From Candidatus Pacearchaeota archaeon (GTDB lineage: Archaea; Nanobdellota; Nanobdellia; Pacearchaeales; GW2011-AR1), in the NCBI GenBank assembly GCA_038740375.1, contig JAVYLW010000001.1, forward strand, positions 11,530 to 75,529: a stretch of DNA of 64,000 bases, given 5' to 3'. This document shows, piece by piece, positions 18,772 through 29,780 of the stretch (the first letter of the stretch is position 1; the number at the start of each line of letters is the position of its first letter). The notes below the pieces were generated by a model. That model made no database searches and was not told the DNA's origin. It saw nothing but the letters and a program-made list of their open reading frames with translations. The translations under genes were made by a program, and so were the position numbers.

Positions 18772-21700
18772 ATGAATTTTCATTATACTACGGAAAATTA
18801 TTTTTTTAATCTTTCAAAAGAGATAGATAAAAATTACGAAATTGCTAAGCTTGCTCGTGCAAAAGGTCTTGATCCAAAATATGAAGTAGAAGTTCCACTT
18901 GCTTTAACTATGGCTGCAAAAGTAGTTAAATTAATTGCTACGATTTATCCACAATTAGATAATGAGGAGATTATTAATAGAATTCTTGAACTTGAAAAAA
19001 AATACGGACCTCTCGATAGTTCTGTTAGTTTTAAAATTGCAGAGGAAATTGCTCAAGGAAGATTTTGTAGTTTTGAAAACCAACTAGAGGCAATGGATGC
19101 TGGAATAAGAGTTGGTTTTGCTTATATTACTTTAGGTGTTGTAAGTTCTCCTATAGAAGGTTTTACAGGTCTGAAATTAGGTCGTACTCATGATGGTAAA
19201 AATTATATTAAAGCATTTTTTTCAGGCCCTATTCGAAGTGCTGGAACAACTGCTGCTTGTGTTGCTTTAATGCTTATAGATTATATAAGGCAGATTTTCG
19301 GTTATGCAAGATACGATCCTACTGAACAAGAAGCAAAAAGAACTGTAACAGAATTATATGATTATCACGAGAGAGTTACTAACTTACAATATCTTCCAAC
19401 AGAAGAGGAAGCTTATTTTGTTGCAAAAAATATGCCTTTTCAAATTGATGGAGATCCTACTGAAAAAAAAGAAGTTTCTAATTTTAAAGATTTACCTAGA
19501 ATTGAAACTAATTTTATTAGAGGAGGTTTTTGTCTAGTTATTGGAGAAGGAATATGTCAAAAAGCTAAAAAAGGATTAAGATTATTGAAAAACATTCAAA
19601 AAAACGGTTTTAAAATTAACGATTGGGATTGGTTAGAATCTTATGTTGAACTTCATGAGAAAAGAGATATGGGAAAAACCGATTCTAGTCCTACATATAT
19701 AAAAGATTTAGTTGCAGGAAGACCTGTATTTGGTTATCCTGGAAAAGGTTTTAGGTTTAGATATGGAAGAAGCAGGGTTAGCGGATTTTCTGCAGCTAGT
19801 ATTCATCCAGCAACAATGGGAATTACAAACGATTTTATCGCAACAGGAACTCAATTAAAAATAGAAAGACCTTCAAAGGGTTGTTGTATTACTCCTTGTG
19901 ATAAAATAGAAGGCCCTATTGTTAAATTAAAAAACGGAAGTGTTAAAAAACCTAAAACTTACGAAGAAGCTAAGAACTTATATAATGATATAACTGAAAT
20001 TATATATCTTGGAGATTTACTTTTTTCTCTTGGTGATGTTATTAATAGAAATGCTGTTTTAATTAAGCCAGGTTATGTTCCAGAGTGGTGGAATCTAGAA
20101 CTTGAGAAATGCGGTGGAAAAGTTGATGATTTTTATAATGTGAGTTTAGAAGATGCAGTTAATCTCTCTTTAAAATATAATATACCTTTACATCCAAATT
20201 TTATATATTATTGGAATGAAATTAACCTTGAGCAATTTTTAGGATTAGTTGATTTTTTAATGCATTCTCGAGTAATTGATGGAAAATTATTACTTCCTTA
20301 TAATAGTTCTGAAAAAGAAAGATTTAAAGTTGGAAAACGAGCTTTAGAACTAGTAGGAGTCTGTCACGATGTTACTATAGAAAATGTTGTTTTAAATAAA
20401 GATGAAACAAAAAGTTTTTTGATTAATTTAGGATATGATTCTAATTATGAAGGAGAAATCAATTTAAATATTGATTTTAAAGAACCAATATCTGAAGTTT
20501 TAGAAATTATTAACAAGTTATCAAAATTTAAGATTAAGGATAAATCAGGAGAATTTATTGGTGCAAGAATGGGAAGGCCTGAAAAAGCAAAAATTAGGAA
20601 ATTAACTGGAAGTCCTTGTGTTTTATTTCCTGTTGGAGAAGAGGGAGGGAGATTAAGAAGTGTTAACGAAGCAGAAAATATAGGTTTTGTAAACGGAGAA
20701 TTTCCTTTTAATTTTTGTAATAAATGTAAAAGAGAAACTATTTATAATGTTTGTGAAATTTGTGGAGAAAAGACAGAAGCTAAATATTATTGCAAAATTT
20801 GTGATAGAGAAATTAAAAATGGAAAAATTTGCCATTTACATAATATTGGTTCAAATTTCAAAAAGATGAAAATAGATTTAAAACATTATTTTGAAATTGC
20901 AAAAAATAAATTAGGGTTTCTTAAAATTGATGTTCCTACTTTGATTAAAGGTGTTAGAGGAACAAGTTCTGAGAATCATAATGTAGAAAATTTAGTAAAA
21001 GGAATATTAAGAGCAAAATATGGTCTTACAGTAAATAAGGATGGAACTATAAGATACGATACAACAGAACTTCCTTTAACACATTTTAAACCTATAGAAA
21101 TTAATGTATCAATTGAGAAATTGAGAGAACTAGGTTATACTAAGGATATTTACGGAAAAGATTTGACATCTGATTTTCAAATATTAGAATTAAAACCACA
21201 CGATGTTATTTTACCTTGTAATAATGAATGTGGCGATGAAAAGGCAGACGATGTATTTTTTAACGCAACAAAATTTATTGATGAATTATTAGAAAAATTT
21301 TATGGTCTACCTAAGTTTTATAATTTAAAGAAAAAAGAAGATTTAATAGGTCATTTAGGAGTTTGTATGGCTCCCCATAATTGTGCAGGAGTAATTTGTA
21401 GATTTTTAGGTTTTTCTAAAGTACAAGGCCTTTTAGCAAGTCCTTATATGCATGCTGCAATGAGAAGAGATTGTGATGGAGACGAGGCTGCTTTGATGCT
21501 TTTACTCGATGTTCTTATTAATTTTTCAAGAGCTTTTTTACCATCTCATAGAGGAGGAACTCAAGATGCTCCTTTGGTGTTAAATGGAAGAATTAATGCA
21601 AAAGAAGTCGATGATCAAATTCTTGATTTTGAATTAGTTTATAATTATCCTTTAGAGTTATACGAGAAAGCAGAAAAAAAAGTTCATTCAGGAGAAATAA

Positions 21701-22224
21701 AAATTGAAACAGTAAGACAAAGACTTGCAAACGATAAAGACCCTTATTATAATACAGGTTTCACACATGATTGTTACAATTTTAATTTAGGAGTAAACTG
21801 CAGTTCATATAAAATAATTCCTACTATGCAAGAGAAAGTTGAAAAACAAATGGAATTGTGTGTTAAGCTTAGAAGCGTTAATCAAGGAGATGTTGCAAGA
21901 TTAATAATAGACAGACATTTTATGAGAGATTTAAAAGGTAATCTCAGGAAATTTTCTCAACAAAATTTTAGATGTGGTAAATGTAACGAAATTTATAGAA
22001 GACCTCCTTTAAATGGAAAATGTTCAAAGTGTGGAAATCCAAAACTTATTTTTACTATCTCTTATGGAAGTATTATAAAATATCTTGAACCTGCATTAAG
22101 TTTGACAAAAAATTACGATGTTCCTTCTTATATACAACAGGATTTAGAATTAACTAAAAAATATATTGAAAGCATATTTGGTAAAGAGACTGAAAAACAA
22201 GTTTCTATAAATGAGTGGTTTTAA
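18772..22224 (+). CDS. dp2: DNA polymerase D large (catalytic) subunit DP2
   Basis: 1150 aa. N-terminal region (YEIAKLARAKGLDPKYEVEVPLALTMAAKV) and multiple CxxC zinc-binding clusters typical of PolD DP2. No intein apparent. Confidence 0.9.
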   Translation: MNFHYTTENYFFNLSKEIDKNYEIAKLARAKGLDPKYEVEVPLALTMAAKVVKLIATIYPQLDNEEIINRILELEKKYGPLDSSVSFKIAEEIAQGRFCSFENQLEAMDAGIRVGFAYITLGVVSSPIEGFTGLKLGRTHDGKNYIKAFFSGPIRSAGTTAACVALMLIDYIRQIFGYARYDPTEQEAKRTVTELYDYHERVTNLQYLPTEEEAYFVAKNMPFQIDGDPTEKKEVSNFKDLPRIETNFIRGGFCLVIGEGICQKAKKGLRLLKNIQKNGFKINDWDWLESYVELHEKRDMGKTDSSPTYIKDLVAGRPVFGYPGKGFRFRYGRSRVSGFSAASIHPATMGITNDFIATGTQLKIERPSKGCCITPCDKIEGPIVKLKNGSVKKPKTYEEAKNLYNDITEIIYLGDLLFSLGDVINRNAVLIKPGYVPEWWNLELEKCGGKVDDFYNVSLEDAVNLSLKYNIPLHPNFIYYWNEINLEQFLGLVDFLMHSRVIDGKLLLPYNSSEKERFKVGKRALELVGVCHDVTIENVVLNKDETKSFLINLGYDSNYEGEINLNIDFKEPISEVLEIINKLSKFKIKDKSGEFIGARMGRPEKAKIRKLTGSPCVLFPVGEEGGRLRSVNEAENIGFVNGEFPFNFCNKCKRETIYNVCEICGEKTEAKYYCKICDREIKNGKICHLHNIGSNFKKMKIDLKHYFEIAKNKLGFLKIDVPTLIKGVRGTSSENHNVENLVKGILRAKYGLTVNKDGTIRYDTTELPLTHFKPIEINVSIEKLRELGYTKDIYGKDLTSDFQILELKPHDVILPCNNECGDEKADDVFFNATKFIDELLEKFYGLPKFYNLKKKEDLIGHLGVCMAPHNCAGVICRFLGFSKVQGLLASPYMHAAMRRDCDGDEAALMLLLDVLINFSRAFLPSHRGGTQDAPLVLNGRINAKEVDDQILDFELVYNYPLELYEKAEKKVHSGEIKIETVRQRLANDKDPYYNTGFTHDCYNFNLGVNCSSYKIIPTMQEKVEKQMELCVKLRSVNQGDVARLIIDRHFMRDLKGNLRKFSQQNFRCGKCNEIYRRPPLNGKCSKCGNPKLIFTISYGSIIKYLEPALSLTKNYDVPSYIQQDLELTKKYIESIFGKETEKQVSINEWF

Positions 22225-22264
22225 ATAAATATAATTTTAAAAAACTATTAGCTTAGAATAATTT

Positions 22265-23026
22265 TTAATTTCTATTTAATAGATTAAACAATTTTCCAAA
22301 TTTGTATAGTCTATTTTCTTTATTATTATAAATTATAACTTGGAATTTTTTAATAGTGTTACCATTAATAATAAATTTATTAATAAATTTTGAGTCATAT
22401 AAGATATTGTTGAGATTATATCCTATCGAAATGGGACTGAAACTAGGAATAATATAAATTTCAAAATTTTTCCAAAATCCATACAAAAAACAACTATATT
22501 TTTCTTTTTTATATTTATCAGAAAGAGTTATTGAAGGATGCAAATGTCCTAAAATAAGAGTTTTACAATTTAATACCCATTCTTTTTTGAATAAATTTCC
22601 ATGTAAAAAACAAATATTCTTATATTTATAATAATAATTTAATTGAATTTTCTTTTTTTTTATTATATTTATTATATAATTATCATGATTTCCTCTAATA
22701 ATAATAATTTTTTTGCATTTTAGATATAAAAAATCTAATAATTTTAAAATTTCTTTCCATTCAGAATAAATATTTTTAGAAAATTCATGTTTAAGATCAC
22801 CAAGAATTATTATTTTTTCTAAAATTACTTTATTCTTCTTTAAAATATAAAAAATTCTATTTAATTTTTCAATTATTTCTTTGTATTGATATTTTGGAAT
22901 AAGAACTATGTTCTCTAAACTTTCCTCATATCCTAAGTGCAAGTCAGAAATAACTAAAATTTTATCATCAATTAATAAAGAATCTTCTAAAATTTCTATT
23001 TTAACATTAATTTTATTTTTAACCAT
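22265..23026 (-). CDS. metallophosphoesterase (Lhr-associated MPE-type nuclease candidate)
   Basis: 253 aa. Calcineurin-like motifs DLHLGYE, GDLKHE, GNHDN, GHLHP. Immediately downstream of the Lhr gene on the same strand. Confidence 0.7.
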   Translation of the reverse strand: MVKNKINVKIEILEDSLLIDDKILVISDLHLGYEESLENIVLIPKYQYKEIIEKLNRIFYILKKNKVILEKIIILGDLKHEFSKNIYSEWKEILKLLDFLYLKCKKIIIIRGNHDNYIINIIKKKKIQLNYYYKYKNICFLHGNLFKKEWVLNCKTLILGHLHPSITLSDKYKKEKYSCFLYGFWKNFEIYIIPSFSPISIGYNLNNILYDSKFINKFIINGNTIKKFQVIIYNNKENRLYKFGKLFNLLNRN

Positions 23027-23135
23027 TTTTAAAAATTTATATGAAATTTATAAATAATACTTACGTTATATATTTTAATTGTTTATGTTTTAAACATTGT
23101 TTTAAACAGGTGTTTAAACAGTTAATTTTACCTTT

Positions 23136-25751
23136 TTATTCTTTATTACTAATTTCGCGAATTATTTCAGCATGAATTCTCTTTAAAAATTCTATTCTAT
23201 CCTCTATTTTAAGTAAATCACTATATCCTTGTAAAACTAAATTTGTTGCAAATGGAGATGGTAATTTAGTTGTTATCTTTTCAATTATCACATCTTTATT
23301 TTTTATCCAGTTTAATACTTTCTCAGAATTTTTTATGTCCATTAAATCTTCTAAAACTTCACGTCTAGCTTCTTTTAATATAGGAAAATCTTTAGATATT
23401 TTGTATATAGCATTTAAAAGAAAAAAGGATTTCATTTGTTGTTTTCCAACAGTTTTTCTTTTTCCTTTATAATTTTTAAGTATCATCAAAGATCTTGCAG
23501 CACAATGTCTAAACCTTCTTTTTAATATTTCTGTTTTAGAAATAGCTTCTTCACAAACTTTCCTTAAATTTTCACTATTCAAAAATTTTAAAGCCTCATC
23601 TACCTTGATATTTTCACCAGCAAAATAAAATCCATTATCTGATATTCCTATTTCAATATCTCTACCGATTTTTTGAGCCATTAAATATGCAATTGCTCTA
23701 GAAAGACAATCATTTACTCTTCTACCATAGAGAGAATGAAATATTACATATTTTTTTTCACCATTATAAATTTCAATTAAAAGTCTTTTTTCATGAGGAA
23801 TTTTTGCATATCTATATTGTTCATTAAAATAATTGTATATTCCAAGTGAAACAGATTCATTTACATAACAATAATCACTTATAAATCTAATAATCTCTTC
23901 TTGAGAATATCTTCTTTCAAATTTTTCATTTAATAGTCTTCTAAACCGGTTTATTTCCTGTGCAGATTCAAACGATAATGGAAGCATTTCAGAAAACCAA
24001 GAGGGAATAGTTGGATTTTTTCTTGTTTCAGCTTTGACATAAGCAACCATTCCACGAGTATATAAAAATTGATATTTTTTTCCTCCAAGAACAAAAACAT
24101 CTCCTGGCTTCATTTTTTCTAAAAATTCTTCATCAATAAAACCTATTCTTTTTCCAACATATTCTCCACTTCCAATTATAACAGAAACAAAACTTTCTTC
24201 AGGAATTGTTCCTATATTAGTCATATAAATTACTCTTGCAAGTTTTCCTTTTTTTCCAACTTGTTTTGTTTTTTCATCATACCATATCTTTGCATAAACA
24301 TTTTTATGTTCAAGAGCATATTCTCCAGAAAGATAAGATATTACTGACATAAAATCTTCTTTGGAAAGTTCAGAATAACAATAGCTTTTTCTTATTACGT
24401 TTAACATTTCATCCAAATTCCATGTTTTTTGTATACACATTCCATATATTTGTTGAGATAAAACATCAAGACAATTTTTTGGTATATATATATTATCTAT
24501 CTTCTTTTCTTTTACTTCTTTATTTAATATGCTACATTCAACTAAGTCATCTCTATCTAATACTATGAATCTACCTTTTGAAATATCATCTAGTTTATGT
24601 CCACTTCTTCCAATTCTTTGTATAGCTCTTGCTGAACTTTTTGGACTTCCAAGTAATATCACTAAGTCTATTGAACCTATATCAATTCCAAGCTCTAAAG
24701 ATGTTGAAGTTACAACAACCTTAAGTTCACCTTTTCTTAATTTTTCTTCAATTTCAAATCTATGCTCTTTTGAGAGTGAAGAGTGATGTGCACCTATATT
24801 TGAATTCAGATTTTCAGAATAATTTTTTGGAAACATTTCTTTTAAATGATGAACAACTCTTTCAGTTGCAGAGCGAGTATTTGTAAATATAAGTGTAGTT
24901 TTGTGTTCTTGTATTAACTTATCGATAAGTTCGTATAATGAATTATGAATATCTTCTCTTGTTGTTTCAATTAAATCATTAGTTCCTGTTAATACATTAA
25001 CATCTATTTTTTTTATTGATAAAACTTCAGCAATTAAACATTCTCTATCACTTCCAACCAGGAAATTAGCTACTTCTATAAGAGGAGAAATAGTTGCAGA
25101 AAGCCCTATTCTGACAGGAGTTATTTTTGAAATATTTTCCAATCTTTCAAGAGAAATTGATTGATAAACTCCTCTTTTATTTCCAAGAGAATGTATTTCA
25201 TCAATAATTATGAATTCAACACCGTAAAATATTTCAATAAACTTTTTTGTGGTTAGAGAAATAGCTAAACTTTCAGGAGTTGTTATTAATATGTGAGGAG
25301 GATTTTTAAGCATTTTAGTTTTTTCATTAGAGGAAGTATCTCCTGTTTTTATAGCAATTCTTATTTTTTGCAAAAAAATTCCATTTTTTTCAGCAATTTT
25401 ATATATTTCTCCAAGAGGTCTAATAAGATTTACAAAAATGTCATTATTAAGAGCTTTTAAAGGACTAGAATAAATACAATAAATTTTTTTTTCTAATTCA
25501 TTTCTTTTAGCAAGAATAACTAAGTAATTTAAAATTGACAAAAAACTAGTTAAAGTTTTACCATTTCCAGTAGGTGCAGATATCAATATATTTTTTCTTT
25601 CATGAATGGGTATTACTCCATATAATTGGCTTTCTGAAAAATCTTTAAACCTTGAGAAAAACCATTCTTTAACTAAAGGGTCTAGAACTCTAAGTATCTC
25701 TTCATGATTTCTTTTTTCTGCTTTAGTATATAAATTATTTTCTTTTTTCAT
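23136..25751 (-). CDS. lhr: Lhr-type SF2 DNA helicase (Lhr-core)
   Basis: 871 aa. Walker A APTGNGKT, DEIH box (IIIDEIHSL), motif VI QRIGRSGH and the Lhr-specific C-terminal extension. N-terminal F..F..P..Q motif. Confidence 0.8.
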   Translation of the reverse strand: MKKENNLYTKAEKRNHEEILRVLDPLVKEWFFSRFKDFSESQLYGVIPIHERKNILISAPTGNGKTLTSFLSILNYLVILAKRNELEKKIYCIYSSPLKALNNDIFVNLIRPLGEIYKIAEKNGIFLQKIRIAIKTGDTSSNEKTKMLKNPPHILITTPESLAISLTTKKFIEIFYGVEFIIIDEIHSLGNKRGVYQSISLERLENISKITPVRIGLSATISPLIEVANFLVGSDRECLIAEVLSIKKIDVNVLTGTNDLIETTREDIHNSLYELIDKLIQEHKTTLIFTNTRSATERVVHHLKEMFPKNYSENLNSNIGAHHSSLSKEHRFEIEEKLRKGELKVVVTSTSLELGIDIGSIDLVILLGSPKSSARAIQRIGRSGHKLDDISKGRFIVLDRDDLVECSILNKEVKEKKIDNIYIPKNCLDVLSQQIYGMCIQKTWNLDEMLNVIRKSYCYSELSKEDFMSVISYLSGEYALEHKNVYAKIWYDEKTKQVGKKGKLARVIYMTNIGTIPEESFVSVIIGSGEYVGKRIGFIDEEFLEKMKPGDVFVLGGKKYQFLYTRGMVAYVKAETRKNPTIPSWFSEMLPLSFESAQEINRFRRLLNEKFERRYSQEEIIRFISDYCYVNESVSLGIYNYFNEQYRYAKIPHEKRLLIEIYNGEKKYVIFHSLYGRRVNDCLSRAIAYLMAQKIGRDIEIGISDNGFYFAGENIKVDEALKFLNSENLRKVCEEAISKTEILKRRFRHCAARSLMILKNYKGKRKTVGKQQMKSFFLLNAIYKISKDFPILKEARREVLEDLMDIKNSEKVLNWIKNKDVIIEKITTKLPSPFATNLVLQGYSDLLKIEDRIEFLKRIHAEIIREISNKE

Positions 25752-26002
25752 TTTTTAATTTAAAAACTATAGAAATATAATTTATAAAATTATAGAACTA
25801 TTCTATTTAAAAATTTATAAAATATTTTCGTAATTTGAGTCTTATACGTTCAAGAATAGATTATAACTATAAAGATCTTTTGATTTTACTCATGATTCTG
25901 TAATACTTTTATTTATTGTTCTTTCAATTTTTTGTTCATTAACAAAAATAACATAAATCTGTACTTTTTTAATGAAATAAAAATTATTTATATTATTGTT
26001 AT

Positions 26003-27880
26003 TTATCTAGAAGGTATATTAAAATCGTTTATTGTAGAGTTTTTAATAGATACTTTAGATTTATCTAGAGAAGATAAATCTAATCCAGCACTATTTTTAT
26101 GTTTTCTATTATATTCTTGAACAAAAATCCATATAATCATTATAATAATCATAATTATTACAACAAAAATAAGGTATAATATTACTTTTCCGCTTTTAAA
26201 AACAAATTTATTAGGTTTTTCTATTTCAGTAATATTTATTTTCCATATTTTTGAATCAGCATAAATTCCTTTTCTTATTTGAACCTCTAATATATGGTTT
26301 CCAACAGATAAATCTGATATTAAAATTGCAGTTGAATTTTCATTTATCAATTTATTATCCAAATACCATTTTATACTATCTATAGTAGATAAACTATTTC
26401 CAATCATAAAAGTCATGTTTTTTCCATATGATTCGTTAATCTCAGTTAAATTAGGTACAGGATCTTTTATTTTTAAAGTATAATTTATTGTAGAAGAATT
26501 ATTAGAAATATTATTAATAGACGGAGGCTTATTAGAAATTATTTCTTTTTTAATTAAAAAATTTATTGTTGCTCTAGTTTCATATAAACTATCATTTGCG
26601 TATATATAAAAATTTCCAGAACCAAACCAATTATTTAGAGGAGTAATAGTTAGAATGCTGCCAGATAAGTTAATTTTGATATTTGTATTATTGTTTGAAA
26701 ATTTATAAATTAAAGAATCTCCGTCAGGATCCTTAAAACAATTTGAGATATCATAGGTTAGAGAAACATTATTGAAAAAAGTGAATTTTTCAATATCACA
26801 ATTTTCATATATAAAAATAGGAGTTCTATTTTGACTAGTATTAATTATACAAACGCTCTGATTACAATAATAATTTGTAGAAATCATACTGCAAGGAAAA
26901 ATTCCATCATCAACAGCATTATTAGAACAAAAATATTCGCGAACGTGTGTTATATTATAGCATTCATCTTCTTTTCTAATACTAGAATTTTCAGTAGTTC
27001 CTTTAACAGTTAAATTTAAACCATTATCGCTATCACTGCAAATATCAGATATAACTTCTATATTAAAATTATTACTAATAACACTATCAACTCCAGGATA
27101 GCTTAAAGTTATATTAGCACTACATGTTCCAACATCACTTCCAGCATAAAAATCAAGTGTTCTTGAATTAAGAAAATCTTCAGATTTTCGAATCTCAACT
27201 TTAGGAGTAGATATAAGATAACTAAAAGATAGTCCTTCATCTCCAGGAACAAGATTTTTAAAGTATTCTTTAAGATCTATAATTCTATATTTATTTTTGT
27301 TTACATATATTCTATAATCAGGAATGTTTTTAATCTGTGTTAAATTAACAGAAGAGTCTTGGTTTATAATTGCAATAGCTATAATGTTAAATACGTAAGT
27401 AAAGTTAGATCCGCAGTTTGTTTGTTCAATATTAATAGTATAAGTTTTAGGATTTAAATCTGGAAAATCTGTTTCTATTGAATAATAACAATCTCCTCCT
27501 TTTTCTATAGTTCTATTAAATATAATTAAAATATACTTTATTGTACCTATTGTTGAAGTTCTAGATAATGTTAATATTGCAGTTTTATTTTCATTAGTAA
27601 AACTATGAATTTCATTTAATTTTTCATACATCTCAGAATAACTATTTATTTTATTAAATAAGCTTAAAGTTCCTAAATTTTCTTCATCAGGAATAAAAAT
27701 TTTTGTATTAGAAATTTTTGTATTGATATTTATAATTATAAAAAGAACAACTAATATTATTAAAATAATCATAAAAATAATTAGCAATCTAAAAGGAAGA
27801 CTTTTCTTAACATTTTCATTTAAAAATTTATATTTAATATTTCCCCTATTTTTAGTATTTTTTTTAACACCCTTTTTCAT
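26003..27880 (-). CDS. Cys-rich surface protein anchored at both ends (N-terminal and C-terminal TM), hypothetical
   Basis: 625 aa. TM LLIIFMIILIILVVLFIIINI near the N-terminus and VILYLIFVVIIMIIIMIIWIF near the C-terminus. Many NxS/T sequons and paired cysteines. Confidence 0.5.
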   Translation of the reverse strand: MKKGVKKNTKNRGNIKYKFLNENVKKSLPFRLLIIFMIILIILVVLFIIININTKISNTKIFIPDEENLGTLSLFNKINSYSEMYEKLNEIHSFTNENKTAILTLSRTSTIGTIKYILIIFNRTIEKGGDCYYSIETDFPDLNPKTYTINIEQTNCGSNFTYVFNIIAIAIINQDSSVNLTQIKNIPDYRIYVNKNKYRIIDLKEYFKNLVPGDEGLSFSYLISTPKVEIRKSEDFLNSRTLDFYAGSDVGTCSANITLSYPGVDSVISNNFNIEVISDICSDSDNGLNLTVKGTTENSSIRKEDECYNITHVREYFCSNNAVDDGIFPCSMISTNYYCNQSVCIINTSQNRTPIFIYENCDIEKFTFFNNVSLTYDISNCFKDPDGDSLIYKFSNNNTNIKINLSGSILTITPLNNWFGSGNFYIYANDSLYETRATINFLIKKEIISNKPPSINNISNNSSTINYTLKIKDPVPNLTEINESYGKNMTFMIGNSLSTIDSIKWYLDNKLINENSTAILISDLSVGNHILEVQIRKGIYADSKIWKINITEIEKPNKFVFKSGKVILYLIFVVIIMIIIMIIWIFVQEYNRKHKNSAGLDLSSLDKSKVSIKNSTINDFNIPSR

Positions 27881-27933
27881 GATTTATCAAATATAAACAA
27901 ATTTAAAAACTTAATGATTTTTAATTTAGGATA

Positions 27934-28203
27934 ATGAAGTTGAGTGAGGATAAAAAAAACCGAATTATTGAACAAATTTTATTTTTTTTATATCATTCTT
28001 TTCCTAAAGAGCCATACACTGCAGAAATAGCAAGAGAAATAGCAAGAGATGAGGAATTTGTTAAAAGACTGCTTTTTGAATTAAAAGAAAAGAATTTAGT
28101 TATTCCAATAAGAAAAAATAACAAAGGAATTGCTTATTGTAAAAGATTAAGATGGAGATTATCTAACAGAGTTTATGATTTCTATAAATCAAAAGATAAA
28201 TAG
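27934..28203 (+). CDS. small winged-helix DNA-binding protein
   Basis: 89 aa. Helix-turn-helix like segment AEIAREIARDEEFVKRLLFELKEKNLV and a basic wing. Confidence 0.4.
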   Translation: MKLSEDKKNRIIEQILFFLYHSFPKEPYTAEIAREIARDEEFVKRLLFELKEKNLVIPIRKNNKGIAYCKRLRWRLSNRVYDFYKSKDK

Positions 28204-28369
28204 CTTTTATTTTGTTTTAAATTCAGATTGAAAAATTAACTGTTCACCTTTTATTCTGAACTAAATCTATTTTTTAATTATTTTTATAATTAATAATAAG
28301 TTTAATATATAAGCATAACTATTTTAATATATAACAACATTTAAATAACGTTTTTTTGATATTCTACTT

Positions 28370-29239
28370 ATGGAAAATGATCCTATAAAATTAGCTTTTC
28401 AAAAAGTTAAACAAGATATTATTAATTTAGAGAATCGTGTAAATACTTTAAACAATGATATAAAAAACGTATATTTTGAATTTTATAAAGTCTCTGAAAA
28501 TATTGATATTATTGTTTCAAGATTAAACGATTTAAATAAAGAATTTAATGATTTTAAGATAATTATAAAAAATTTGCATGAAGATTTAAAGAACCAAGGA
28601 CTATCTTTTTTGTCTCAGAGAAATATATCTGTAGATACTTCTTTAGATGAAAATTATATTCCAACAAATAATTCGATAAACCAACATATAAATTCAACAT
28701 TTTTAGATAATACAACAAATAATCCAACAATTCCACAGGAAATAAAGGGGTTAAAAAGCAAAAATATTGATTTTTCCACAGGAAATAAAGGGGTTACAAC
28801 AGACAAACAAACAATTAAACAGACAGATATACCGACAAATATTTTGAATGAATCTAACTCTAAAAATGTTGATTTCGATTTTAATAATATCTCTATAGAA
28901 AACAATATTAAGGAAGCTAAAGTAATGCTTGATTCTTTAGATCGTCTAAAAAAAGAAATAAGACAAAAATTTAAGCGTTTAACTTCTCAAGAAATGTTAG
29001 TTTTTTCAACAATATATCAACAAGAAGAGGAGGATTCTGAAGAGAATACTTATAGAAAAATAGCAAAAAAATTAAAATTATCAGAATCTTCTATAAGAGA
29101 CTATACTCTAAGACTTATTTCTAAAGGAATACCTATTAAAAAAAGAAAAATTAATAATAAAAAAGTTATTCTATATATTTCTCCAGAACTTAAAAAAATA
29201 GCAACTCTATCAACAATAATAAAATTAAGAGAACTGTAA
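28370..29239 (+). CDS. coiled-coil protein with low-complexity N/T-rich linker and C-terminal HTH domain
   Basis: 289 aa. N-terminal coiled coil, N/T/Q-rich middle, C-terminal EENTYRKIAKKLKLSESSIRDYTLRLISKG HTH-like segment. Confidence 0.5.
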   Translation: MENDPIKLAFQKVKQDIINLENRVNTLNNDIKNVYFEFYKVSENIDIIVSRLNDLNKEFNDFKIIIKNLHEDLKNQGLSFLSQRNISVDTSLDENYIPTNNSINQHINSTFLDNTTNNPTIPQEIKGLKSKNIDFSTGNKGVTTDKQTIKQTDIPTNILNESNSKNVDFDFNNISIENNIKEAKVMLDSLDRLKKEIRQKFKRLTSQEMLVFSTIYQQEEEDSEENTYRKIAKKLKLSESSIRDYTLRLISKGIPIKKRKINNKKVILYISPELKKIATLSTIIKLREL

Positions 29240-29304
29240 ACCTATTAAATCTATTTTTTAAATTTTTAAGCCTTATAAGTTAAAAAACACATCAGAGCAT
29301 TTAT

Positions 29305-29326
29305 TTCAAAATGCTCCTCCTATATT
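29305..29326 (+). terminator. hairpin GAGCATTT-atttca-AAATGCTC downstream of ORF 28370..29239
   Basis: Perfect 8-bp inverted repeat about 65 nt past the stop codon, followed by T-rich sequence. Confidence 0.35.
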
Positions 29327-29664
29327 TAAATTTATTACCCATCTGTTTAGAGTATAATTTTTAAATTTTTATTCGTTGTAACGAATTTAAAAAAAATTAT
29401 ACTCATTTTTTGAGATTAATAATTTTTTAAAAATATAAATTTAGCTTTTTTAAGCTTTATTAAATAATTTTTTTTATTTATCTTCATTTTACATTTAACT
29501 CTCTAAATTTTATTTTAATTCTTTTGCAGGCGCTATATAACTCTCTTTTTTTATTATAACAAATACTTTTTTATATCTTTTTTTAAATTATTTCCATAAT
29601 TATCTCCATAACACTCATTCTTATAACAAAATTTGAAAAAATTATGCAATATACTATTAGTTCT

Positions 29665-29777
29665 AACTCTCACTTTTCCAATTTTTTCCAATTTTTTCCC
29701 CTTTTTAATAACTACATTACTAACTACATATAAATCTATTCTCATATTTAACTCTCACTTTTCCAATTTTTTTAGGA
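29665..29777. repeat. direct repeat TAACTCTCACTTTTCCAATTTTTT x2 (spaced about 83 bp) in convergent intergenic region
   Basis: Copies at 29665-29690 and 29748-29775. The first copy is followed by an extra CCAATTTTTTCC iteration. Confidence 0.7.
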
Positions 29778-29780
29778 ATT

